From assembly GCA_002376845.1 (NCBI GenBank), contig DFOS01000024.1, forward strand, positions 160,819 to 224,818: a DNA stretch of 64,000 nt, read 5' to 3'. Of the stretch, positions 30,276 through 43,701 are shown piece by piece (within the stretch, counting starts at the first letter, position 1; each line of letters starts with the position of its first letter). This DNA is from Bdellovibrionaceae bacterium UBA3535. GTDB taxonomy: Bacteria > Bdellovibrionota > Bdellovibrionia > Bdellovibrionales > UBA840. The notes beneath the pieces were generated by a model that was given only the letters and a program-made list of their open reading frames with translations, was not told the DNA's origin and ran no database searches. The position numbers and the translations under genes were made by a program.

Positions 30276-31391
30276 ATGAGAATAGAAATAGAAAAAACGG
30301 ATTTAATAAAATTATTATCAAAGACACAAAATATTGTAGAAAAAAGAAATACTATGCCAGTATTGGTAAATGTTCTTTTAGAAGCAAAGGACTCTCGCTT
30401 AAAAGTTTTTGCAACCGATTTAGAAGTAAGTCTAACGGATGAAGCAAATTGCCAGGTATTGGAAGAAGGAAGTGTTGCAGTAAGTGCGAAAAGTTTATTT
30501 GATATCATCAAGGAACTGCCAGATAATTATATATCTCTTCACAAAAAAGAAAATAATTGGTTAGAAGTGAAGCAGAATAAATCGATATTTAATATTGTTG
30601 GTATTTCGGCAGAAGAGTACCCAGTATTTCCAACATATCGCACAAAGGAATTTACTAAAATTAGCGCTGAGGTTCTTAAGGATATGATCGAAAAAACAAT
30701 TTACAGCGTATCTAACGATGAAACTCGTTATCACTTGAATGGAGTATATTTTGAAAATGTTTCGGATGCCGAAGAACCACAATTAAGAATGGTATCTACA
30801 GATGGTCACCGTTTAGCTATGGTGGAGCGAAAAACAAATTCTTCTAATAAAATTGCGCCCACCCAAGGAGTCATTATTCCCAGAAAAGGCCTAAATGAGA
30901 TTCGCAAAATTTTGGATCAAACAACCGATGTGGAGATGGCTATTGAGGGTTCACAATTGATAGTTAAATGTGACAACACAGTTTTAATGATTCGCTTAAT
31001 TGAAGGTAAATATCCAAATTACAAAACTTTGATTCCAAAGACTTTATCTCGCCATATACGAGTTTCTAAAGATACATTGTTATCATCTTTGAAACGAGTG
31101 TCTCTATTATCAAATCAAAAATCCAAAGGGATTACTTTGAATATCCAAAACTCCATGATGGAGATATCTTCTAATAATCCTGATCTTGGTGACGCAAAAG
31201 AGGAAATCGAGATAGATTATAAAGGCGAGAATATGAAAATCGGTTTTAATGCAAAGTATTTGATGGATGTTCTTAGCAATATTGATACAGAACAGGTAGA
31301 GATTGAGTTAAATGATTTGGTTTCTCCGGCGCTATTACATCCAAGTGAAGACCGAAATTATCGTTGTGTTGTAATGCCAATGCGATTTTAA
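30276..31391 (+). CDS. dnaN: DNA polymerase III beta clamp
   Basis: ATDLE, TRYHLNGVY, STDGHRL, GKYPNY, VVMPMR. Confidence 0.99.
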   Translation: MRIEIEKTDLIKLLSKTQNIVEKRNTMPVLVNVLLEAKDSRLKVFATDLEVSLTDEANCQVLEEGSVAVSAKSLFDIIKELPDNYISLHKKENNWLEVKQNKSIFNIVGISAEEYPVFPTYRTKEFTKISAEVLKDMIEKTIYSVSNDETRYHLNGVYFENVSDAEEPQLRMVSTDGHRLAMVERKTNSSNKIAPTQGVIIPRKGLNEIRKILDQTTDVEMAIEGSQLIVKCDNTVLMIRLIEGKYPNYKTLIPKTLSRHIRVSKDTLLSSLKRVSLLSNQKSKGITLNIQNSMMEISSNNPDLGDAKEEIEIDYKGENMKIGFNAKYLMDVLSNIDTEQVEIELNDLVSPALLHPSEDRNYRCVVMPMRF

Positions 31392-32527
31392 TGTTCTTTG
31401 ATACCTTACGACTTTATCAATTTCGTAATTTACAACAGCAAGAACTACACTTTGCAAAGGGCCCTAATATTTTGGTTGGGCCCAATGGTCAGGGTAAGTC
31501 GAACTTCATAGAAGCACTGATATATTTAATTAGCGGAAAATCCTTTCGTCCCTTTAAAACCGAGCATCTATTAGCTAAAGATCATGTGGATAAACTTGTT
31601 TATGTATGTGCAAATGTGGATGAAAAAGATAAGTATGAATTAAAAATAGAAAGCCGAGCGAAAATAACAAAAAATAATAAAAATTATTCATGGGCAAAAG
31701 CAGTTAAGGATTTGCCTTATGTTTTATTTAGTCCGGAATCTTTGAATGCGATCAAAGCTAGCTCCCAAGAAAGACGGGCACTAATTGATCAAAGCCTTGT
31801 TCTATTAAATCCAGAAAACCAAGCCTTAATAAAAAATTACCAGAAGGTTCTAAGACAGAGAAATCGTATTTTGAGTGATCGGAAAAACGAAAAGCTAAGT
31901 ATAAAACAGGGAGATGCTTTGCTGGATAGTATAAACCCGAGTTTTTTTGATTTAGCAGAGGAATTGATGTGGCAAAGATTGGATTTATTAAAAAAAATTG
32001 GCCCAATATTTTCCTTTGTCTGCAAAGAAATCATGGCGGACAAAAATGTGGAAATAGCTGTGGATTATGTGACTAGCGAACAAAAATTGAACGAATGGCA
32101 GAGAGCAGATTTAAGACCATATTTGGAAAAAAGAGCCGCAACTTTAGTAACAGCCGAAAAAGCCTCTGGGCTTAGTCTGGTGGGGCCTCATAAGCACGAT
32201 ATATACTTTCAGTTGAATTCTTATGACTCACGATATTATTGCTCACAGGGTCAGCAAAGAGCCATCATATTATCTTTCAAAATGGCAAAAATCATGTATT
32301 ATAAGAGAACTTTTGGCCGCTGGCCCTTTTTGTTTTTGGACGATGTTTTGTCAGAATTGGATGCTCAAAAAAGAGATCATCTAATTCGTTTTTTAAAAGA
32401 AAGCGAAGGGCAAGCATTTATTACCACAACAGATCTTTCTTTTTCGCAAGATTTGTTGGAGTTGGGCGGCAGAGTGTTTGAAGTGAGTGAGGGTAAAGTT
32501 TTGCCAGAAAAAAATGAGGTTGTGTAA
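31391..32527 (+). CDS. recF: DNA replication/repair protein RecF
   Basis: FRN, GPNGQGKSN, GPHKHD, SQGQQR, LDDVLSELD; ATG overlaps the dnaN stop. Confidence 0.97.
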   Translation: MFFDTLRLYQFRNLQQQELHFAKGPNILVGPNGQGKSNFIEALIYLISGKSFRPFKTEHLLAKDHVDKLVYVCANVDEKDKYELKIESRAKITKNNKNYSWAKAVKDLPYVLFSPESLNAIKASSQERRALIDQSLVLLNPENQALIKNYQKVLRQRNRILSDRKNEKLSIKQGDALLDSINPSFFDLAEELMWQRLDLLKKIGPIFSFVCKEIMADKNVEIAVDYVTSEQKLNEWQRADLRPYLEKRAATLVTAEKASGLSLVGPHKHDIYFQLNSYDSRYYCSQGQQRAIILSFKMAKIMYYKRTFGRWPFLFLDDVLSELDAQKRDHLIRFLKESEGQAFITTTDLSFSQDLLELGGRVFEVSEGKVLPEKNEVV

Positions 32528-34966
<2,439 letters not shown>

Positions 34967-34976
34967 GTAGTTTGAT

Positions 34977-37448
34977 ATGACTGAGACAAAACCAGAAATT
35001 TTTAATACGGTAGAAATTTCCAAAGAAATGAAAGAAGCATACCTGCAATATTCCATGAGTGTAATTGTAGGTAGGGCATTACCAGATGTTCGTGATGGCT
35101 TAAAGCCCGTACACCGCCGAGTCTTGTTTGCAATGTCTGAGCTGGGGAACTACCACAATAAGCCGTATAAAAAATCAGCCCGTGTGGTTGGTGATACTAT
35201 AGGTAAATATCATCCACATGGTGATACTGCTGTTTATGATACCATTGTTCGCATGGCCCAAGATTTTTCACTTCGCTACCCATTAGCGGATGGCCAGGGA
35301 AACTTTGGCTCCATTGACGGAGATACAGCGGCAGCTATGCGTTACACAGAAGTTCGTATGGCGAAGTTATCTGAGGAATTATTAGAAGATATCGATAAGG
35401 AAACAGTAAGCTTCTCTGCAAACTATGATGATTCTTTGATGATCCCGGATGTATTGCCGGCAAAATTTCCTAATCTTTTGATTAACGGCTCCACTGGTAT
35501 TGCAGTTGGAATGGCAACCAATATTCCTCCGCATAATTTGACGGAAGTGTGTAAAGCCGTCATTCAATTGATTAGTGATCCAGACACAAGCATTGATGAT
35601 CTAATGGAGATTGTTCAAGGCCCGGATTTTCCAACTTATGGTACTATCGTTGGTAAAAAAGGAATTGTTCAGGCTTATAAAAAAGGCCGCGGAATCATCA
35701 CTGTAAAAGCTGTGGCGGAGATAGTAGAGTCCAAAAAAGATAGAGAACAAATCATTGTCAGTGAAATCCCTTATCAGGTGAATAAGGCTCGACTAATTGA
35801 GAATATAGCTTCACTAGTAAGTGATAAAAAAATTGAGGGCATTTCTGATATACGTGATGAATCTTCTAGAGAAGGCATCCGTATAGTTATTGATATCAAG
35901 AAAAATGATAGTGCTAATATAGTATTAAATAGACTCTATAAATATACGCAAATGCAAGTTAGCTACGGCATTATAATGTTAGCACTAGATGCTGAAGGCA
36001 AGCCACAAACCTATGATTTAAAAGGTGTTTTAGAAGCATTTACAGATCATCGCCGAGATGTTGTTACCAAACGTTGTATTTTTGAATTAAAAAAAGCAGA
36101 GGCAAGAGCACATATTTTAGAGGGGCTTAAAAAGGCATTAGATAATATTGATGATATTATTACGATGATTAAAGGCAGCAAAGAGCCGGCCATTGCAAAA
36201 GCCAATTTAATGCAATCCTACCAATTCTCTGAAAAGCAAGCCCAAGCAATCCTTGATATGCGTCTACATAGATTAACGGGTTTAGAGAGAGACAAAATCC
36301 TAAATGAACTTAAAGAAGTTCTATCAAAAATGGATTGGCTAAAAAAGGTTTTATCAGACGTAAACGAAATAAATAAAATCATTGTTGAAGAGCTAAATGA
36401 TATAATTGAAAAATATGGTGATGAAAGACGTACAAGAATTGAGGCTTCAGAAGATGAAGAGCTTGATGATGAGGATTTGATTACCAAAGAAGATATGGTG
36501 GTTACGCTTTCAAAATCTGGTTATATCAAGCGTATTCCAACTAGAGAGTATCGAGAGCAAAAACGAGGTGGTAGAGGTCTTAAAGGTATGCAGACCAAAG
36601 AAGAAGATATGGTTAAAAGTATCTTCGCTACAGACACTCATACAACACTTATGGTTTTTACTGATCGAGGAAAGGCTTTTTGGGTAAAAGTTCATAGACT
36701 ACCTCTTGGATCAAGAACATCAAAGGGTAGGGCGATAAATAATTTTGTTCAACTTACTAGTGGCGAACAAGTAATGGCAATTATGCCAGTAAAAGAATTT
36801 GATGAAGATAAAAATCTAGTGTTCATCACTAAAAAAGGCATAGTTAAGAAAACACAATTAAAGCTATTTAAGCGTCCAAAAACATCGGGCCTGATAGCGC
36901 TTAGCACGGATTTAGATGATTCGTTGGTTTGTGTAGATATTAGCTCTGGTGAAGATGATATTTTTATAACTACCAAACGAGGGATGAGTATTCGTTTTGA
37001 TGAATCCAATGTTCGAGCAATGGGTAGAACAGCTAGAGGAGTAAAAGGCATAACTTTGGCTGGAGATGATGAGGTTGTTGGAGCCAGCGTACTCTACAAA
37101 GACTCACAGGCATCCGTATTGATCGTAACTAGTAATGGTTTTGGCAAAAGGGTTCCTGCTGATGAATATCGAGCACAATCCAGAGGCGGCGTAGGTCTTA
37201 TTACGCAAAAAACCAATGCGAAGATTGGAACCGTTGTTGGTACGCGAACAGTAAACGATCATGATTCGCTCATACTAACTACAGATCATGGCATGACTCT
37301 TAGAACGGATTGCCAGGGTATATCCAAAATCGGCCGAAATACTATGGGTGTTCGACTTTTTAAAGTAAAAGACAATGAAAATGTTGTAGATATGGCTATC
37401 ATTCCAGGAACAGCGGAAACAGCGGATGATATAGATGAAGCAACTTAA
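34977..37448 (+). CDS. gyrA: DNA gyrase subunit A
   Basis: [15 protein letters not shown], GyrA-box QKRGGRG. Confidence 0.99.
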   Translation: MTETKPEIFNTVEISKEMKEAYLQYSMSVIVGRALPDVRDGLKPVHRRVLFAMSELGNYHNKPYKKSARVVGDTIGKYHPHGDTAVYDTIVRMAQDFSLRYPLADGQGNFGSIDGDTAAAMRYTEVRMAKLSEELLEDIDKETVSFSANYDDSLMIPDVLPAKFPNLLINGSTGIAVGMATNIPPHNLTEVCKAVIQLISDPDTSIDDLMEIVQGPDFPTYGTIVGKKGIVQAYKKGRGIITVKAVAEIVESKKDREQIIVSEIPYQVNKARLIENIASLVSDKKIEGISDIRDESSREGIRIVIDIKKNDSANIVLNRLYKYTQMQVSYGIIMLALDAEGKPQTYDLKGVLEAFTDHRRDVVTKRCIFELKKAEARAHILEGLKKALDNIDDIITMIKGSKEPAIAKANLMQSYQFSEKQAQAILDMRLHRLTGLERDKILNELKEVLSKMDWLKKVLSDVNEINKIIVEELNDIIEKYGDERRTRIEASEDEELDDEDLITKEDMVVTLSKSGYIKRIPTREYREQKRGGRGLKGMQTKEEDMVKSIFATDTHTTLMVFTDRGKAFWVKVHRLPLGSRTSKGRAINNFVQLTSGEQVMAIMPVKEFDEDKNLVFITKKGIVKKTQLKLFKRPKTSGLIALSTDLDDSLVCVDISSGEDDIFITTKRGMSIRFDESNVRAMGRTARGVKGITLAGDDEVVGASVLYKDSQASVLIVTSNGFGKRVPADEYRAQSRGGVGLITQKTNAKIGTVVGTRTVNDHDSLILTTDHGMTLRTDCQGISKIGRNTMGVRLFKVKDNENVVDMAIIPGTAETADDIDEAT

Positions 37449-38241
37449 ATATTTAATCGTTGTTCTATTTATCTCTTGTGGTTTTTCGTCCGTACAAATA
37501 GAGATTCAGCGCGGCGAAAAGGCAGAGGAAAGCCAAGATTATAAAGTAGCAGCCAAACATTTTAGCCGAGCCATGAAAAGGGAGCCAGGTACAACCGAGG
37601 CTTATTACGCAGCTAAAAAACTAGCCAATATCGCCTTGATACATCTTGATGATATTGAGATTGCCAATCGGGCTCTAAACTATATCATTCTCAATACTAC
37701 CAATATCGAGGACAAAAAGTCCGCCCTAGAGAGAAAAGCAAAAATTCAATATGAAAAAATTAGAAATTACGAGCAAGCGATAATAGAGTTTCAACGCTTT
37801 TTACAGCTAGAAAAAAGAATCGAAAAAAGAATCGAAATTCAGTATTTGATTGCTCATTCATATTTTTACATGAATCGTTTGTTTCAAGCGGAACAAGAAT
37901 TAGAAGAAATATTTAAAGTAGAAAAAAATAAAAAAACTCGAGAATACATATTTCGCGCTAGAATGATGCAAGCAAATATTTATCATGCGCAAAAAAAATA
38001 CGAAGAAGCTGCAAGCGCCTATCGCAATATCATTGATACATTTCCTAAGCTTTCTTTAAACCAAAAAGTATGGATGAACTTAAGTGTTTGTCTGGAGGAT
38101 ATGAAAAAGTTTAAAGATGCCATTGCCCTTTTGGAGAGTGTAGATTTAGAGAAAAATGAAAAGGTCTTTGTGAAACAGAGAATTTCTCGTTTGAAGGATC
38201 GTTTAGAAAAAGAGCCGGGCGCAAAAGGTTTGCGTCGATGA
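37435..38241 (+). CDS. TPR-repeat lipoprotein
   Basis: LFISC lipobox, TPR-like helical repeats. Confidence 0.8.
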   Translation: MKQLKYLIVVLFISCGFSSVQIEIQRGEKAEESQDYKVAAKHFSRAMKREPGTTEAYYAAKKLANIALIHLDDIEIANRALNYIILNTTNIEDKKSALERKAKIQYEKIRNYEQAIIEFQRFLQLEKRIEKRIEIQYLIAHSYFYMNRLFQAEQELEEIFKVEKNKKTREYIFRARMMQANIYHAQKKYEEAASAYRNIIDTFPKLSLNQKVWMNLSVCLEDMKKFKDAIALLESVDLEKNEKVFVKQRISRLKDRLEKEPGAKGLRR

Positions 38242-38450
38242 TGCGTCAATATGCTCTATTTTTAGGCTTAGGAATGGAGCTGGCAGGCTTAATTGTGGTT
38301 TTTCTATTCTTAGGAAGAGAGTTGGATGACTGGCTTCAGTGGCAGGGAATAGGCATTGCTATTAGTGTAGGCATAGCCATGGCCATATGGATTTTTCATT
38401 TAAGCATTGCTATGAAGCGATTAGGGAAAACAGAAAAAGATGGTGAATGA
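38238..38450 (+). CDS. AtpZ/AtpQ-family small F0-associated protein
   Basis: LGMELA...LGRELDDW, two TMs, upstream of atpI. Confidence 0.85.
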   Translation: MMRQYALFLGLGMELAGLIVVFLFLGRELDDWLQWQGIGIAISVGIAMAIWIFHLSIAMKRLGKTEKDGE

Positions 38451-38826
38451 TTTAGAAAAAACCAAATATTTTAAGATCTTAATCCCTCTATCATGTCTTA
38501 TGAGTTTCGTTATCTATATGCTTATAAATGCTCATTATGGCAGTGAGCAAGCCCTTAGCTATTTGTGCGGAGCAGGGCTAAGTCTAGTAAATATCGTGGC
38601 TTTGGCTTATGTGTTAAAAATTTTGTTTGCTCAGAAATCAGTTGCATGGGCTGTGGTGCTTATTGTATCTAAATACCCAATTTTAGGGTTAATTATCCTG
38701 TATTTAGCTCAAAAAGCTTGGTTTTATACACTTTATTTTTGTGCCGGCTTTGGGAGCATTTTAATCGTCGCAATTTTGGTTGCGGCATTTAGTAAGTTAA
38801 AGGTTAAAGCGGATGCGAATTCATAG
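38440..38826 (+). CDS. atpI: ATP synthase protein I
   Basis: Four TMs, G.GLSLVN; directly upstream of atpB. Confidence 0.8.
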   Translation: MVNDLEKTKYFKILIPLSCLMSFVIYMLINAHYGSEQALSYLCGAGLSLVNIVALAYVLKILFAQKSVAWAVVLIVSKYPILGLIILYLAQKAWFYTLYFCAGFGSILIVAILVAAFSKLKVKADANS

Positions 38827-39574
38827 CTTATCTCTCTCCCTAACAATTTTATTGTTACCGAAAATATCTTTGGCTGCAGGTGGACTGGTTCATTTTAATT
38901 GGACGCAGTTATTTCCATTTGTAAATTATGAAACCATCCCGGTTGCTACAGCCGCCTTAGCCGCCTTTGTTTTAATTGTCTTTAGTTTGATTGCCAGAGC
39001 CGCACTTCCTTCAAGTGCTGAGGACATTCGCCCGGCCGGCAGTTTTTCTGTTAGAGGTTTTTCGGAATCTTTGGTCGATTTTATCATGTACTTAAATGAT
39101 ATGGTGGTGGGTGAGAAGCACCGAAAGTTTATTCCACTTTTTGGAGCTATTTTTGTATACGTATTTTTTAATAATATACTGGGTCTTTTCCCGGGAATGA
39201 CTCCTGCTACAGATAACTATAATACAACGTTAGCCATCGGTATTTTTTCATTTGTTATGTACAATTATTTTGGATTGAAAGAGCATGGCATTGCTTATTT
39301 AAAACATTTTTTAGGTCCCGTTGTATGGTTGGCATGGTTAATGTTGCCAATCGAGCTAATTTCTCACTTAGTACGCCCCTTGAGTTTGGGTTTACGTCTA
39401 ATGGGGAATATGCAGGGTGACCATACGGTATTAGGTATATTTTTGGATCTTACTCCATATCTAGTGCCAGTTGTATTTTATGGAATAGGAACGTTTGTAT
39501 GTTTCATGCAAGCATTTGTTTTTACATTATTATCTATGGTTTATGTAAGCATGGCCATAGCTCATGATCACTAA
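38813..39574 (+). CDS. atpB: ATP synthase a subunit
   Basis: NNILGLFPG, RPLSLGLRLMGNM, QAFVFTLLS. Confidence 0.98.
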   Translation: MRIHSLSLSLTILLLPKISLAAGGLVHFNWTQLFPFVNYETIPVATAALAAFVLIVFSLIARAALPSSAEDIRPAGSFSVRGFSESLVDFIMYLNDMVVGEKHRKFIPLFGAIFVYVFFNNILGLFPGMTPATDNYNTTLAIGIFSFVMYNYFGLKEHGIAYLKHFLGPVVWLAWLMLPIELISHLVRPLSLGLRLMGNMQGDHTVLGIFLDLTPYLVPVVFYGIGTFVCFMQAFVFTLLSMVYVSMAIAHDH

Positions 39575-39586
39575 AGGGAGACGACG

Positions 39587-39883
39587 ATGAGAAAATACAT
39601 TTTATCTGCACTGTTGATGTTGGTAGCTGTACCTGCTTTTGCACAAGGAAACGAAAGTGGTTCCTACGGTATCGCGCTAGCAATTGGTTTAATTATGAGT
39701 ATTGCCCCATTAGGTGGTGCTATAGGCCAAGCTATTGCTGCACAATCAGCATTAGGTGGGATCGCTAGAAACCCAGCTGCACAGCCCAAACTATTCGTAC
39801 CAATGATTATTGCTCTAGCTCTTATTGAATCACTTGTGATCTATGCACTTGTGATTGCATTCCAGCTTGTAGGAAAGTTGTAA
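39587..39883 (+). CDS. atpE: ATP synthase c subunit
   Basis: GAIGQ, ARNP, LIESLVIY. Confidence 0.98.
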   Translation: MRKYILSALLMLVAVPAFAQGNESGSYGIALAIGLIMSIAPLGGAIGQAIAAQSALGGIARNPAAQPKLFVPMIIALALIESLVIYALVIAFQLVGKL

Positions 39884-39907
39884 TTTCTCAACTTACAATT
39901 AAGTAAT

Positions 39908-39934
39908 AAGGCTCACTTTGTGGGCCTTTTTTTT
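39908..39934 (+). terminator. Rho-independent terminator after atpE
   Basis: AAGGCTCAC-TTT-GTGGGCCTT stem followed by a T run. Confidence 0.85.
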
Positions 39935-42900
39935 ATGATAATAGAAACTCAAAATCTTCTTGGCTAAGACTGCTAGATGATTTGGTGATGTCTTTTTCTG
40001 ATTCCACATCCTGAAAGAGTGCATTGAAATGCGAAGATTTCTTTTCTTTTAAAAACTCTATCTTTTCTTCTACGGATTCTTCCATTAAGTAGCGATATAC
40101 CTGTACATGCTTTTCCTGACCAATTCGATGTACACGGTCTGTTGCTTGGTTTTCTACCGCCGGATTCCACCAAGGCTCCATATGAAAGACATAGGAAGCT
40201 TTCGTTAAGTTAAGGCCAACACCACCTGTTTTTAATGTCATGCATAGCACAGCGCCCTCTTCTAGGTTGTTAAATTCTGTAAGGGTTTCCTCACGCTTTT
40301 GTTTCGACATTCTGCCATCTATAGAATAAACAGGAATTTTCATGGCTTTTAGAGTCGAAATAATCTTTTCCAAAGAAGGTATGAACTGAGTAAAAACAAT
40401 GGCGCTTTCCCCACTATCCACGATGGATTCCAAACTATCTTTTAATAAAGCAATTTTAGGGGGCATTTCATTATAATTAACTCCAGGAATCGAATTGGGG
40501 TTGGAGCAAACTTGCCGTAGTCTTAATAGTGCAGTTAGCATAATCATCTGCGATTTAGCTTGTCCCACCTCTTGAATGGAGTCCTTGATTTTTTGATTCC
40601 AAGACAAGGCAACATCCCTATAAATTTTCTTTTGCTCCTCGGTAAAGGGGATACGCATAACGGTAATAGTTTTCTCAGGCAATTCCTTTAAAATCTCTTT
40701 CTTAGTTCTACGTAAAACCAGTGGGCGGATCTTAGCTTTTAAATAATCCATATCCGATTTTTTTATTACTAATGGACTAATAAAGGATTTTTTGTAGTCA
40801 TTGTAATCACCAAGAGAGCCAGGTACAACCGTATCAAGCAGGGAATAAAATTCTCCCAAGTGATTTTCTAAAGGTGTACCGCTTAAACAAATTTTAAACT
40901 TAGCATCGACATTTCTAGCGGCCACAGCTCGTTTGGTTACTATGTTCTTTATGTTTTGCGCTTCATCGTAAATATGTACGTTCCAAGAAAACCGAGGATA
41001 AAAATCAGAATGTTCTGTTAGAAGCCCATAGGTAGTCACCAGTACGCAGCCCTGTTTACTATTTAACTTATCTTCAAGCTCGGGTTTGTCTTTTGCACTA
41101 AAAGAATAAATAGGAAGCTTAGGAGTAAATTTTTCGCCCTCTGCTTTCCAGTTGTATACTAGGGAAGTGGGCACAACGATAAGCACATTGCCAAGATCGC
41201 CTTCTTCACGAAGTGATTCTAGAAATGATAGGGTCTGAATGGTTTTCCCCAGACCCATATCATCTGCAAGAATTCCGCCTAAGCGCAATTGGTAAAGATC
41301 CTGCAGCCAGCGCAAGCCACTTAACTGATAGGGCTTCAATTCACCTTGTATGTGGGGTGACAATTTTGGTTCACGGTGCTTATCAGACAATGAATCATAA
41401 AAGGCACAAATTTCCTGCCACTCTTTACTTCCACTAATGTCCACACCTAAAGCTCGAAGTGCTAATAACTCAAGGGTGGAACTTTTAGGGAGCTCATATA
41501 GGCTTTTTTGCGTTTTGCTAGATTTATTTTGCTCCTTTTTCTGTGCAATTTTTTTCCAGAATCTTTCCAAGGCTTTTACCGAAGGCATATCTTTTTGTTT
41601 TAAAACATAAACCTTTCCGTTATGTTCTAGCCAGCCGCCTTGGGTAAAATCTATAGCGGCCTCCACATCAACCTCTTCGCCGCGCAAGAAAAACTTAGGG
41701 TGTAATGCAAACCAATCCATCTTTTGTTTGTCTTCGCCACCTTCTTCTTGGTTGGACACGTTGAACTGCCAAGAAAAATCATCAGTATCTAAAGTTTCTA
41801 GTTCTTTGCCATTCAAAAACAAAGTCCATCCGTATTCTTTTAATGTAAACAAAGACTGTATCCGAACATGTTTTTTTAAGCTTTTGGAATAAGTAGAGTA
41901 TTTGGCAATTTTATCGTTTATACTTAGGTCTTCGATGTCTTTTAGAGTGCTTAGTTCCCAGTCCTTTTCATTTTCAAGATTAGCAGTAAAAGGGAAAAAG
42001 TCTCCGCGAGATTTTTTGAATAAATCACCATCGCTTTGAATTAAAATATCATCTAGTATGGTCAAAAATAATTGAGCCCAGGCTTTTTTTGCGTCAATGA
42101 ACTTGTATTCACTATCCTCAGTAAAAATGGATACAGTGCCATCTTCAAATTCTTGGAAAATGCGGTAGAAGTTGGCGATAAGCGTATTACAAATGTTTTT
42201 AGATACTAAAAACTTTAAATTGTCCTCAGCCCTTATACCCTCAGTTAGATTCACTGCTTTACCTAGGGTGATAAAAAGGTCCTCTAAAAAGTCTTCGGGG
42301 CTCTTTCCTTTTGGATCAAGAAGATAGTGCAAAATATTATAAATATAAAGAGAATACAAACCGGTGTGTTTGGCAAACTTTAGATCGCGACTTCTTTTAG
42401 TTCCTCTTCGATCCGTAATATGGTTTTCGTTTTCAAAAAGGTAACGGAAGCCATATTCAAAACCTTGAATAATATGATGAGCCAAAAAACCAAAATTAAA
42501 AATCAAATTGTCTTTGTATGAAAGAGCAACGGAGTATTGGTTTGATTTTGATATATAAAGGTGAAATCTAAATTCCTCTTTGGGTATTTCTTTAACATCA
42601 AAGTTAAGGCTGTAGTCTAAGAAAGGGTATTCTTTTTGTTTTTCTGCTAAAAACTGCGTTACGAATTGGATGGTTTCATGGGATGCCAAAGGAATTTCTA
42701 ATACATAGTCCGGTATATTGATTTCTGCTTTATGTACATCACTATCATTTTTGTGTTGCAGCTCATGAAGGAAGTCTTGAAAATCCCGCAAAAACAAAGA
42801 CAGTGGGTTAAAAAATAATAAATCTTCATCTTTGCGCCATTCAAAGTTTTTAAAACAAACCGTGTTATCTCGATTTAAATTTAAAACTAGTTTTCCAGCT

Positions 42901-43565
42901 CCTAAAATCTCTTTTTCTTGCTTTTCCCCAGATATCCATCGCATTTTAAGGTGCAGTTTATCTTTCATTGAATTTTTATAGAAAAGAATACGTTTGATTT
43001 TGTGGAAAGGTATTTCTTTTATTGCAGAATAAGAAATTTCTGGAACTAAGCCAAAATACAAATCCAAACGTCGATTTATGACAAGCTTCTGAGCGTTTTT
43101 AAGTATTTTTAATAGTACATATTCAATATCACCATATTTAAGAGGAAAGGAAATGGATGGACTGGTCCAATAAAATTCTTTCAGCTCAACGGAGTTGTCG
43201 TATACACCGCGAACCACTGGCAGTAATTCTGGGTTTACTAAATTGCAATATGGGTGAAAGAAAATATCAGTTACACTTAAGACTTTGTTGTCAGAAAAAA
43301 GATAGTAAACATTCAGGCCAAGAATTTCGATTGCATCTCGAATGCGCCCTTGCGTGAAATCACCAGATCGGTTTTGCAGCACAGACGGCAACTCATTCAG
43401 GCGAATATAGTCGTGCTGAAACTGAAACTGCAGTTCATTTTCTTCTCGTATATCAAATCGTTGCAAATCCGATTCACTGCTGTCTAAATTAGCAGAGGGT
43501 TTGCAGACTTGTAAAATTATAGCTTTTAACTTTACATCCATAGGCTTTTCGCAAAGGGTAATCAT
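39933..43565 (-). CDS. SNF2-family DEAD/DEAH-box helicase
   Basis: ILADDMGLGKT, DEAQNIKN, SGTPLENHL, WWNPAVENQATDRVHRIGQ. Confidence 0.96.
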   Translation of the reverse strand: MITLCEKPMDVKLKAIILQVCKPSANLDSSESDLQRFDIREENELQFQFQHDYIRLNELPSVLQNRSGDFTQGRIRDAIEILGLNVYYLFSDNKVLSVTDIFFHPYCNLVNPELLPVVRGVYDNSVELKEFYWTSPSISFPLKYGDIEYVLLKILKNAQKLVINRRLDLYFGLVPEISYSAIKEIPFHKIKRILFYKNSMKDKLHLKMRWISGEKQEKEILGAGKLVLNLNRDNTVCFKNFEWRKDEDLLFFNPLSLFLRDFQDFLHELQHKNDSDVHKAEINIPDYVLEIPLASHETIQFVTQFLAEKQKEYPFLDYSLNFDVKEIPKEEFRFHLYISKSNQYSVALSYKDNLIFNFGFLAHHIIQGFEYGFRYLFENENHITDRRGTKRSRDLKFAKHTGLYSLYIYNILHYLLDPKGKSPEDFLEDLFITLGKAVNLTEGIRAEDNLKFLVSKNICNTLIANFYRIFQEFEDGTVSIFTEDSEYKFIDAKKAWAQLFLTILDDILIQSDGDLFKKSRGDFFPFTANLENEKDWELSTLKDIEDLSINDKIAKYSTYSKSLKKHVRIQSLFTLKEYGWTLFLNGKELETLDTDDFSWQFNVSNQEEGGEDKQKMDWFALHPKFFLRGEEVDVEAAIDFTQGGWLEHNGKVYVLKQKDMPSVKALERFWKKIAQKKEQNKSSKTQKSLYELPKSSTLELLALRALGVDISGSKEWQEICAFYDSLSDKHREPKLSPHIQGELKPYQLSGLRWLQDLYQLRLGGILADDMGLGKTIQTLSFLESLREEGDLGNVLIVVPTSLVYNWKAEGEKFTPKLPIYSFSAKDKPELEDKLNSKQGCVLVTTYGLLTEHSDFYPRFSWNVHIYDEAQNIKNIVTKRAVAARNVDAKFKICLSGTPLENHLGEFYSLLDTVVPGSLGDYNDYKKSFISPLVIKKSDMDYLKAKIRPLVLRRTKKEILKELPEKTITVMRIPFTEEQKKIYRDVALSWNQKIKDSIQEVGQAKSQMIMLTALLRLRQVCSNPNSIPGVNYNEMPPKIALLKDSLESIVDSGESAIVFTQFIPSLEKIISTLKAMKIPVYSIDGRMSKQKREETLTEFNNLEEGAVLCMTLKTGGVGLNLTKASYVFHMEPWWNPAVENQATDRVHRIGQEKHVQVYRYLMEESVEEKIEFLKEKKSSHFNALFQDVESEKDITKSSSSLSQEDFEFLLS

Positions 43566-43701
43566 AACGGATTTTTTATTAAAATCATAGTCTATAGAAA
43601 TCTTTACTGCTAATCGCCATAGGGCTTTTTATTTAGACATTTTATCAAATTTGTGACAGGCTAAGTTGCTAGAATTTCTCAAAAACTATAAAGAGGTGTG
43701 A

